A DNA stretch of 61,912 nucleotides, filler included. It is 5 parts of 5 records of this genome, joined end to end, with 100 filler letters (N's around TTAATTAATTAA, not from the genome) between each part and the next. Parts side by side here need not be neighbours in the genome. Positions count along the whole stretch, not along the records: positions 45,721 to 54,139 come from SRR20825006_1284; positions 54,240 to 61,912 come from SRR20825006_1299; 3 more parts are not named here. One strand, 5' to 3'. Positions 52,869 through 61,912 of the stretch are shown in pieces. Numbering within the stretch: the stretch's first letter is position 1; each line of letters starts with the position of its first letter. The notes under the pieces were generated by a model, which worked only from the letters and a program-made list of their open reading frames with translations, searched no databases and was not told the origin of the DNA. A program made the position numbers and the translations under genes.

Positions 52869-53717
52869 CTACTCCCCTGCCACCCAATCGATACGCCACT
52901 GCCCGCGGCCCTCGTCGCTCAGCAGGTCAGCCAGAATGGGCAGAACCGTGCGCATTTCTTCTTCCAGCACGAAGGGTGGGTTGACCACCGCCATGCCGGT
53001 GCCGTGCAGGCGCGGCGGGGTGGAGGGGGCGCGAATGGTGAGTTCAAGGCGCAGGATCTTGGGGATGCCGGTCTTTTTGAGGGCTTTGACATAGGTCTCG
53101 ACCTCGTCCGGCTCCTTGATCGGATACCAATAGGCGTAGGTGCCGCCGGGCCAGCGCTTGTGCGCTTTTTCGAGGCTTTGCACCATGCGGGTGAATTCGC
53201 CCTTTTCTTCGAAGGGCGGATCGACCAGTACGAGGCCCCGTTTTTCCCTGGGCGGCAAATGGGTGCCGAGGGCCGCCCAGCCATCGAGCGTGGTGACGCG
53301 GGTCTGGAAGTCGCCGGCAAAATTCCGCCGCAAGGCTCCGGCGTCGCTGGGATGCAGTTCGAGTGCCATCAGCCGGTCCTGGGCGCGCATCATGTGCCGG
53401 GTGATGAAGGGCGAGCCGGGATAAAAACGCAGTCGCCCGTCGCGATTCTGCGCCCTGACCGCGTCGAGATAGGGCGCCAGCAGGTCAGCAATTGGTGCGG
53501 CCAATTCCGCCGCCATCACCCGGCCGATACCGTCCTGCCACTCGCCGGTGCGTTCCGCCTCGCTGGCATTGAGGTCGTAAAGGCCGATGCCAGCATGGGT
53601 GTCGATGACCCGGAAGGCGGCGTCCTTGCGCATGAGATAGGCGAGAATGCGCGTGAGGATGGTGTGCTTGACCACGTCGGCAAAATTTCCGGCATGGAAG
53701 GCGTGCCTGTAATTCAC
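52869..53717 (-). CDS. rlmJ: 23S rRNA (A2030-N6)-methyltransferase
   Basis: NYRHAFHAGNFADVVKH, DTHAG.G.Y, YPGSP, DPPFE, WYPIK, VNPP; GTG start at 53717. Confidence 0.96.
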   Translation of the reverse strand: MNYRHAFHAGNFADVVKHTILTRILAYLMRKDAAFRVIDTHAGIGLYDLNASEAERTGEWQDGIGRVMAAELAAPIADLLAPYLDAVRAQNRDGRLRFYPGSPFITRHMMRAQDRLMALELHPSDAGALRRNFAGDFQTRVTTLDGWAALGTHLPPREKRGLVLVDPPFEEKGEFTRMVQSLEKAHKRWPGGTYAYWYPIKEPDEVETYVKALKKTGIPKILRLELTIRAPSTPPRLHGTGMAVVNPPFVLEEEMRTVLPILADLLSDEGRGQWRIDWVAGE

Positions 53718-53718
53718 G

Positions 53719-54139
53719 TCACTTCCGTCCTTCTGCGAGAAGAATGGTCGCAGCAAAGGCCATGAAGACGGCGGCAAAGCTCCAGTTGAGCGCCTTGCCC
53801 ACCCAGGCATTTTCCTTGAGCGTGCGGGTCAACCATTCGGCAAACAGCACGATAGCTACCACGATGGGCAGCGAGACGATGACGAATTCGACGCCCAGAA
53901 AGATCAGCTTGCCGGCCGCATCCGGATCGGTTGCCGAGACAAACTGGGGCAGGAAGGTCACGAAGAACAGCGCCACCTTGGGATTGGTGAGATTGATCCC
54001 CAGGCCCGTGAGGTAGGACTGGCGCCAGCTTGGCTGCTTGCCGCCGTGCTTGACCACGAGAATGCCGCCGCCATCGCGAATGGCCTGAATGGCCAGCCAT
54101 ACGAGATAGAGAGCGCCGACAATTTTCAGCACCCAGAAG
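53719..54139 (-). CDS. LysE family translocator (5' truncated)
   Basis: LKIVGALYLVWLA, GLGINLTNPKVALFFVTFLPQFV. Confidence 0.92.
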
Positions 54140-54239
54140 NNNNNNNNNNNNNNNNNNNNNNNNNNNNNNNNNNNNNNNNNNNNTTAATTAATTAANNNNN
54201 NNNNNNNNNNNNNNNNNNNNNNNNNNNNNNNNNNNNNNN
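54140..54239. other. Artificial contig spacer
   Basis: 44 N + TTAATTAATTAA + 44 N. Confidence 0.99.
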
Positions 54240-55151
54240 GCGGGTGAAGCGCATGCCGGTGACGGCACCGCCGATGGCTTTGTCGATGTCGGCATCCTTC
54301 ATGACGATCATGGGGCTCTTGCCGCCAAGTTCCAGGGTGACCGGGATCAGCTTGTCGGCAGCCGTCTTGTAAACGATCTTGCCGGTCTCGACGGAACCGG
54401 TGAAGGTGATCTTGCCGACCTTCGGATGGGCGACCAGCGGGGCGCCGCATTCCGGGCCGTAACCGGACAGCATGTTGAAGCAACCGGCAGGCAGCACGGA
54501 GGCCAGGATCTGGCAGACGCGCAGAACGGTCAGCGGCGCTTCCTCGGCGGACTTCACCACCACGGTGTTGCCGGCGACCAGTGCCGGGGCGATCTTCAGT
54601 GCCATCAGCAGCAGCGGCACGTTCCACGGAATGATCGCGCCGACGACACCGACCGGCTCGCGCACGGTGATGGTCAGCATGTCCGGATGGTGCGGAACGG
54701 TCTCGCCCTTCAGCTCGGAGGCGAGGCCGGCATGGAACAGGAAGGCGTCGGCCAGGATCGAGGCCTCGACACGGCTTTCAGTGCGCAGTGCCTTGCCGGT
54801 TTCAAGAGCGATCAGGCGGCCAAGCTCCTCGACATGATCCATCAGGACCTCGCCGCATTTATGGATCAGCGCGCCCCGGTCCCGAGCTCGCATCTTGCCC
54901 CATTCCTTCTGCGCGGCGGCTGCATCCTCGACCGCAAGATTGACGTCGGCCTCGTCGCCCTCGGCGCCAAAGCCGATCACGGTTCCGGTGGCTGGGTCAA
55001 TGACTTCGAAGCTGTTGCCGGAGGAGGCCGGGACCAGTTTGCCGCCGATCAGGTGGCGGCCGGAAAGCGCCTTCGCCAGAGCGTAGGGATCGGTGTTCGG
55101 GGTGAGGGCAGGTTCGCTCGAGAAATCGAGCTCGTTGCGCATCAAATTCAT
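54240..55151 (-). CDS. Aldehyde dehydrogenase (3' truncated)
   Basis: EPVGVVGAIIPWNVP, ALVAGNTVVVK, FTGSVETG, LELGGKSP. Confidence 0.95.
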
Positions 55152-56302
55152 AATCCAAGCTCCTTGAGGATGCGTTCGCGGTCCTGATCCAGGTTCGGTG
55201 ATGGAACGCGGGTCTTCGGATCGTCGAATGCGGTCAGTTTGATCGGGTTGCCGACAACCTTCATCGGGCCGGTAACGGGGTCATCCACGTCAACGATCAT
55301 GTTGCGGGCAGCGGCCTGCGGATATTCGGCGGCCTGACCGACATCGTTGATCGGCCCGTTCGGCACGCCAACCTCATCGAGGACGGCGCCCCAATGTTCG
55401 GTCGTCCCGGTTTTCAGGATGGCTTCGATCTCGATCTTCAGGTGTGGCTGGTTTTGGGCGCGCAGATCGTTCGTGGTGTAGCGCGCGTCCTCTTTCCATT
55501 CCGGCTTGCCAAGGCCATCGGCCATCTTGTGGAACAGCGAGTCGTTGCCGGCGGCGATGATGATGTAGCCGTCTTCGGTCTCGAATGCCTCGAAAGGCGT
55601 GATCGAGGGGTGCCGTGCGCCGAGCGGGCCCGGCGCCGTGCCGGAGACGAAATAGCGCATGATGGCGTTTTCCAGCAGGGCGAGCTGGCAGTCGAACATG
55701 GAGATGTCGACCTTGGTCGCTTCGCCGGTCGAGGACCGGTGGAACAGTGCCGACATGGCGCCGATGGCGGCATAGAGGCCGGAGCCGATATCGCCGATGG
55801 AGGTGCCGATGCGGGTCGGCGGCGCGCCTTCATGACCGGTCACGCTCATGATCCCGCCCATGCCCTGCACGACCATGTCATAGGCCGGACGGTACATGTC
55901 CGGGCCGGAATGGCCGAAGCCGGAAGCCGAGACATAGATCAGCTTCGGGAATTTCTCGTGCAGCCGCTCCCAGCCGAAGCCGAGCTTCTCCATGGTGCCG
56001 GGCCGGAAATTCTCGACGATGATGTCGGCTTTCTCCAGCAGCTTGTCGAGGACCGCCTTGTCGTCGTCGTTCTTCAGGTTCAGCGCAATGCTTTCCTTGC
56101 CCCGGTTGACCGACTGGAAATAAGCCGACTTGCCGTTGATGAACGGCCCATAATGCCGCGCGTCGTCGCCGGTTCCGGGCGTTTCCACCTTGATCACCCG
56201 GGCGCCGAGTTCCGCCATCATCATGGTGCAATAGGGCCCCGCGAGAATCCGCGAAAGATCCACCACTGTCACCCCGGAAAGAGGGCCTCCTGACGCTGCC
56301 AT
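55148..56302 (-). CDS. CaiB/BaiF family III CoA-transferase
   Basis: DLSRILAGPYC, GARVIKVE, NRGKESIALNLK, ENFRPG, SGFG..GP, AYD, catalytic D in SIGDIG. Confidence 0.95.
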   Translation of the reverse strand: MAASGGPLSGVTVVDLSRILAGPYCTMMMAELGARVIKVETPGTGDDARHYGPFINGKSAYFQSVNRGKESIALNLKNDDDKAVLDKLLEKADIIVENFRPGTMEKLGFGWERLHEKFPKLIYVSASGFGHSGPDMYRPAYDMVVQGMGGIMSVTGHEGAPPTRIGTSIGDIGSGLYAAIGAMSALFHRSSTGEATKVDISMFDCQLALLENAIMRYFVSGTAPGPLGARHPSITPFEAFETEDGYIIIAAGNDSLFHKMADGLGKPEWKEDARYTTNDLRAQNQPHLKIEIEAILKTGTTEHWGAVLDEVGVPNGPINDVGQAAEYPQAAARNMIVDVDDPVTGPMKVVGNPIKLTAFDDPKTRVPSPNLDQDRERILKELGL

Positions 56303-56393
56303 GCGCTTGTTCCTTTGTGAATTAACTCAGAGATCTGGTGGGGATTTGTAAGGGATTGAAAAGGTCCCGGCAAGCCGGGCTCCGGCAAGAATG

Positions 56394-56864
56394 CTATCCC
56401 CAATAGCGACCGGTCGCGCCGACGATTATCGTGATCCAGCCCAAGCCAAGATTTGTCGCAACGATCATCCGGATCCGGTTAAGCCGCGCCCCCGCCGTGG
56501 GGAAGTCCTGTGCATCGACCGCACGGCGGAACTTGAGCCATTCGGCGAAATAGAGATGGCCGAACAGGCCGATCATCAGGAATCCGGTCAGGTTCATGAT
56601 GTGGATATGCATGCCGGCTCCGGCGAAGCCGCCGAACTCCATGAAGATCATCCAGTAACCGCTGGCGATCAGCAGCACGATGTCCATGGTGACATACCGG
56701 AAGAAGCGGGCGAAGACGGAACGCCAGAGGCGCAAGCGGTCCGGTGCGTGCTCCAGCGTGCCCATGGAGGGGCGCAGGCAGGTATAGGCGAAGAACATGC
56801 CGCCGACCCAGATCACCGCCGAGACGATGTGGATGGCAAGGGCGATAATCATTGTGTAGGGCAT
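56394..56864 (-). CDS. CopD-like four-TM membrane protein
   Basis: HIVSAVIWVGGMFF..LRP, SGYWM, IR.IV..NL.LG. Confidence 0.7.
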   Translation of the reverse strand: MPYTMIIALAIHIVSAVIWVGGMFFAYTCLRPSMGTLEHAPDRLRLWRSVFARFFRYVTMDIVLLIASGYWMIFMEFGGFAGAGMHIHIMNLTGFLMIGLFGHLYFAEWLKFRRAVDAQDFPTAGARLNRIRMIVATNLGLGWITIIVGATGRYWG

Positions 56865-56900
56865 AACTCTCTCCTGCTCTCTCTTGTGGAGAGCCTTGGG

Positions 56901-57374
56901 TCAGGGTGTTTCGCGCTGATAGAGGATGAAAGGCGTCTTGGTGGCGATCCGGTCATAGGCGGAGCGGCCGCGATAGTTGAATTCCTGGGTCAGCCAGCGG
57001 ACCATCGCCCAGCCCTTGTCCTGCGCCATTGCGTCCATTGCCTTGAACAAAGCCTCGAATACGCCCTGGCCGCGCGCGTCCGGATCGACGAACAGGTCGT
57101 CGAGGAACCCGCATTCGGCACCGGAGAGCGGGCGCGGCATGGCACGGATATGGGCGAGACCGATGGCCTTGCCGTTCGCATCCTCGGCAATCAGACAGTT
57201 CAGCACATGGGCCGGATCGTGCAGCCAGCCCCAGACTGTGTCCGCGATTTCGTCTGTCATCTGGGTTTTGTAGAAAGCCGCATAACCGTCATAGAGACGG
57301 CGCCAGTCCGCCTTGTGCCGCTCGGCAACAGGAACCACACGGGGTGTTTCGCGTTCCACTTTAGGGTCTCCCAC
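56901..57374 (-). CDS. GNAT N-acetyltransferase
   Basis: WRRLYDGYAAFY, LDDLFVDPDARGQG, VRWLT..N..YDRIA. Confidence 0.9.
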   Translation of the reverse strand: MGDPKVERETPRVVPVAERHKADWRRLYDGYAAFYKTQMTDEIADTVWGWLHDPAHVLNCLIAEDANGKAIGLAHIRAMPRPLSGAECGFLDDLFVDPDARGQGVFEALFKAMDAMAQDKGWAMVRWLTQEFNYRGRSAYDRIATKTPFILYQRETP

Positions 57375-57510
57375 TGAAATGATTGCCGGACCTTATCAGT
57401 ATCGCGGGCGCGGGCAAGTGGGCTGCGCACTTGACGCATTGCCGGTCGGTGGGAAACTGTCGGCGGGAACAGCAAGCCCTGATGGGGCGAGACCGGGGAC
57501 CAGACGAGAC

Positions 57511-58437
57511 ATGAAACCAGATCAGGGAAGTTTCCCCTTCACCGACGATCACGGCACCATCTGGCTTGCCTTTACGGACTGGGGTAACCGGAGACTGCCA
57601 CGCACCATGATCTGCGCCCATGGGCTGACCCGCCAGGGCCGCGATTTTGACGCTCTGGCCCGGGTGATCGGCCGTGATATCCGCTGTATCGAGACGGATG
57701 TGGTCGGCCGTGGACGCAGCAATTGGCTGAACAACAAGGACGGCTATAATTTCGAGACCTATCTCCGGCATGCGGATGCGCTGCTGGATTATCGCGGCCT
57801 CAGCGAGGTCGAGTGGCTCGGCACCTCGATGGGCGGCATTATCGGCATGTTGCTGGCATCGCGCGAAGGATCGCCGATCAAGCGGCTGATTATCAACGAT
57901 GTGGGACCTTTCATTCCGAAGGAGGCGCTGGAACGGATAGGGAGCTATGTCGCCGATCCCCCGATCTTCCAGAATCTGAATGAAGCCGGAAACTATCTGC
58001 GGGAGACATTGGCCGATTTTGGCGATCTTTCCGACGCGGACTGGTCCGAAATGACCCAGCACAGCGTGATCCGGGAGCCGGACGGGACCTACCGCATGCA
58101 TTATGATCCGGCCATCGGGAACGCGTTCGAGGGGCCGATCGAGGATGTCGATCTCTGGGCCGTCTATGACATGATCCAGTGCCCGACGCTGGTGCTGCGT
58201 GGGGCCAATTCGGATCTGCTGCCGCGTGAGGTGGCAGAGGAAATGACGGAGCGCGGACCGAAGGCGGACCTGATTGAATTCGAAGGCTGCGGCCATGCAC
58301 CGGCACTGATGGACGAGGCGCAAATCGGTGCGGTGCATGAATGGCTCATGCAGTTCGAGCCGGTGGAAGAAGATGAAGACGGGGGCGAAGAGCTGTCCGC
58401 CACGGAAGGGGATGGGACGTCACGTGACGCTTCCTGA
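57511..58437 (+). CDS. Alpha/beta hydrolase
   Basis: HGLTRQGRDFD, DVVGRGRS, GTSMGG nucleophile, LRGANSDLL, GHAPAL. Start placed at MKPDQ. Confidence 0.92.
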   Translation: MKPDQGSFPFTDDHGTIWLAFTDWGNRRLPRTMICAHGLTRQGRDFDALARVIGRDIRCIETDVVGRGRSNWLNNKDGYNFETYLRHADALLDYRGLSEVEWLGTSMGGIIGMLLASREGSPIKRLIINDVGPFIPKEALERIGSYVADPPIFQNLNEAGNYLRETLADFGDLSDADWSEMTQHSVIREPDGTYRMHYDPAIGNAFEGPIEDVDLWAVYDMIQCPTLVLRGANSDLLPREVAEEMTERGPKADLIEFEGCGHAPALMDEAQIGAVHEWLMQFEPVEEDEDGGEELSATEGDGTSRDAS

Positions 58438-59410
58438 TATCCCTTCTTATCCGCCGTTCCAGCCGCGTTTCCCCTGGGTTGGCGGGCATTTGCAAACATT
58501 GAGGAGTTTCTTTGTCGGCGGTAAGCCGCGCATCGGCTCCGCCCGGTCGGAGCGACTGATATTCCGGATGCCGGACGGGACCGGCGATTGTCTGAGCGGG
58601 ATGCTGGAACAGCCGGTGAAGCCTCTGCCGGACGCGCCACTCCTCGTCATCATTCACGGGCTGACCGGGTGCGAGGACAGCTATCTCGTGCGCGACGCGG
58701 CACGGCATTTCGTCGCTGCCGGATTGTCTGTCCTTCGGCTCAATTTGCGCGGGGCAGGGCCGACGCGGGGCGATTGCACGCAGTCCTATCATGCGGGCCG
58801 GACCGGAGATCTGGACGCCGTGCTGGCACAGTTGCGCGAGGCCGGCAGAGCCGACCGTTTCGTGCTTTACGGCGCCTCCCTCGGCGCCAACATGATGCTG
58901 AAATATCTGGGAGAACAGACGCGCCCGCATGTGGTGGCGGCCGTCTCCGTCTCCGCGCCGATCGACCTTGCCCGCTCTTCCGAGCGCATCATCCAGCCGC
59001 GTAACAAGCTCTACCATCACTGGCTTCTGAAGAGCATGAAGCGCGAGGCGCTGGCGACCCCGGGTCTGTCGGTCACGGAAAGCCAGGCTGTCGCTACTGT
59101 GCGCACGATTTTTGAATTCGATGAGCGTCATGTCGCGGCACGCAACGGGTTCGAGGGCGCGCGGGACTATTACACGCAAAACTCCGCCAGGCAGTATCTG
59201 AAGGGCATCACAACCCCGACGCTGATCATCCATGCCCTCAACGATCCCTGGATACCGGGAGCCGGTTATCTTGATTTCGATTGGTCGGCGTCAAAGCGCC
59301 TGACGCCGCTTCTGCCTCTTGACGGTGGTCATGTCGGTTTTCATGATCCGTCGGGGAGTTGGCATCTCCGGATGGCGGAGAAGTTCCTGGAAGAGCGAAA
59401 GATTCTCTGA
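58424..59410 (+). CDS. YheT-family alpha/beta hydrolase
   Basis: GGHLQT, HGLTGCEDS, YHAGRTGD, GASLGAN, HALNDPWI, GGHVGF. Start is GTG 58424 or ATG 58412. Confidence 0.9.
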   Translation: MTLPDIPSYPPFQPRFPWVGGHLQTLRSFFVGGKPRIGSARSERLIFRMPDGTGDCLSGMLEQPVKPLPDAPLLVIIHGLTGCEDSYLVRDAARHFVAAGLSVLRLNLRGAGPTRGDCTQSYHAGRTGDLDAVLAQLREAGRADRFVLYGASLGANMMLKYLGEQTRPHVVAAVSVSAPIDLARSSERIIQPRNKLYHHWLLKSMKREALATPGLSVTESQAVATVRTIFEFDERHVAARNGFEGARDYYTQNSARQYLKGITTPTLIIHALNDPWIPGAGYLDFDWSASKRLTPLLPLDGGHVGFHDPSGSWHLRMAEKFLEERKIL

Positions 59411-59496
59411 ACCGGAAGAGCTGCGACAGCTCTCAAGGTCATGCTGCGTTGCAGCATGCATAAGATGTTCGCCTTATAGTTAATAAGGAGGCTTCC

Positions 59497-60315
59497 ATGT
59501 GCGATATCTGCGTGATGAATGCGGTGAAGGATAAAATGCTTTCCCGCCGCTCCCTCTTCAAAACCGCTGCGATGGCGAGTGTTGCCGTGGCCGCCGGTGC
59601 AGCAGTTGCTGCGCCGCAAGCGCTGGCGGCAGGCCATAACGCCGTCGAGGACATGACCCACACACTGGATGCCGATTTCCCGACCTATTTCGGGGAATCG
59701 CAATTCTCAATGGATCAGAAATTCAACTACGCTGAACACAGCTTCAATCTGTTCGAGTACACAGTGAACGAGCACACCGGCACCCATATCGACGCTCCGT
59801 TGCATTTCTCCGCCGATGGAATGTCCGTTGATGAAATTCCGGTCTCCAATCTGGTGGCGCCACTTTGTGTCATCGATATTTCCGCCAAGGCCGAAGAAAG
59901 CGCTGACTCGCAAGTCACCCCGGCTGATTTGCGGACATGGATGTACGAGTACGGCGATATCCCCGCCAATGCCTGCGTTGCGATGTATTCCGGCTGGGGA
60001 GAGAAGGTCGGCAGCGCTGCATTTCGCGGCTTTGATGGCGAAAAACAGCATTATCCGGGCTTCCATGTCGAGGCCGTGAAAATGCTGATGGAAGAGACCG
60101 GCGCGGCCTCGATCGCGGTTGACACGCTATCGCTCGATTACGGCATTTCCGGTGATTTCGCCACGCATTATGCGTGGCTGCCGAGCGGACGTTTCGGCAT
60201 CGAATGTGTTGCCAATCTGGATAAGGTTCCGGCCAAGGGAGCAACGCTGGTTGTGGGTGCGCCGAAGCATAAAGGCGGTACCGGTGGCCCGGCCCGTATC
60301 TTCGCGCTGGTGTGA
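59497..60315 (+). CDS. Cyclase family (kynurenine formamidase-like) metal hydrolase with Tat signal
   Basis: AGGAGG RBS; SRRSLFK; HTGTHIDAPLH; VDTLSLD; GGTGGPARIFA. Confidence 0.92.
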   Translation: MCDICVMNAVKDKMLSRRSLFKTAAMASVAVAAGAAVAAPQALAAGHNAVEDMTHTLDADFPTYFGESQFSMDQKFNYAEHSFNLFEYTVNEHTGTHIDAPLHFSADGMSVDEIPVSNLVAPLCVIDISAKAEESADSQVTPADLRTWMYEYGDIPANACVAMYSGWGEKVGSAAFRGFDGEKQHYPGFHVEAVKMLMEETGAASIAVDTLSLDYGISGDFATHYAWLPSGRFGIECVANLDKVPAKGATLVVGAPKHKGGTGGPARIFALV

Positions 60316-60320
60316 TCCAG

Positions 60321-60351
60321 AAAGCTGGCGCGGTTTGGGCCGCGCCAGTTT
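60321..60351. terminator. Bidirectional terminator hairpin
   Basis: AAAGCTGGCGCGG-TTTGGG-CCGCGCCAGTTT between convergent genes. Confidence 0.7.
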
Positions 60352-60361
60352 CAGAAAATAG

Positions 60362-61429
<1,068 letters not shown>

Positions 61430-61635
61430 TTAACCAGCAGGCGTTTCTCTCGTCACGGATGTTAAAGCGGAGAAGGGCCGGTGAAAAGGCACGGGTTGTC
61501 GCACGGGCCGTCGCAGGTGACGGAATGTCCGGCGCGGGGCTGGCGCGAGCATTGAACACCGGCCGGGCGCCCCTTATGATCCGCGCCGGAAACACATGCT
61601 GCAAAGAACATGTGCCGGTCATGGAGGATTTGTAG

Positions 61636-61912
61636 ATGGATTTCCAGCTGAACGAGGAACAGCGCGCCATTCAGGATATGGCCCGCGCTTTCACGGCAGA
61701 GCATTTCACCCCGAACGCGGCGCGCTGGGATGAGGAAGAGATCTTCCCGGTGGAAGAGATTCGCAAGGCAGCGGAACTCGGGCTGGCCGGAATCTATGTT
61801 GGCGAGGAGCATGGCGGCTCCGGGCTGAGCCGGCTGGATGCGGCGATCATTTTTGAGGAATTGTCAGCCGGCTGTCCCTCAACGGCGGCCTATATCTCGA
61901 TCCACAACATGG
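61636..61912 (+). CDS. Acyl-CoA dehydrogenase (isobutyryl-CoA dehydrogenase-like), 5' part
   Basis: GGAGG RBS; manual translation MDFQLNEEQRAIQDMARAF..WDEEEIFP..AAELGLAGIYV..GGSGLSRLDAAIIFEELSAGCPSTAAYISIHNM; runs off the window. Confidence 0.92.
   Translation, partial: MDFQLNEEQRAIQDMARAFTAEHFTPNAARWDEEEIFPVEEIRKAAELGLAGIYVGEEHGGSGLSRLDAAIIFEELSAGCPSTAAYISIHNM

Overview
This window is not one locus. It is five unrelated contigs joined by artificial 100-nt spacers (44 N + TTAATTAATTAA + 44 N) at 10103-10202, 25557-25656, 45621-45720 and 54140-54239. Taxon guesses below are inferred from gene content and order only. (1) 1-10102, planctomycete (Rhodopirellula-like): GH10-fold protein, SWIM-SNF2 helicase, Asp/Tyr-rich secreted protein, small lipoprotein, GT-C/TPR membrane protein and a DUF1559 prepilin-like gene. 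(2) 10203-25556, gammaproteobacterium (Methylophaga-like): prfC, FdhF/YdeP oxidoreductase, MarR + Bcr/CflA pump, DUF815 ATPase, an accessory three-gene secretion locus, then pnp-rpsO-truB-rbfA-infB. (3) 25657-45620, Rhizobiaceae-like alphaproteobacterium: housekeeping genes from a mannitol-dehydrogenase-family gene and hppA to ruvA. (4) 45721-54139, Devosia-like alphaproteobacterium. (5) 54240-61912, Rhodospirillales-like alphaproteobacterium. The strongest candidate for an undescribed system is 16752-21281. There an Omp85/TpsB (ShlB/FhaC) transporter sits between two small, acidic, Gly/Val/Thr/Asp-rich exported proteins, one a lipoprotein and one signal-peptidase-I type. Neither has a TPS domain, but they share a repeat unit and a C-terminal motif. 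A strong internal terminator separates the first gene from the transporter, and a CRP-like box lies upstream.
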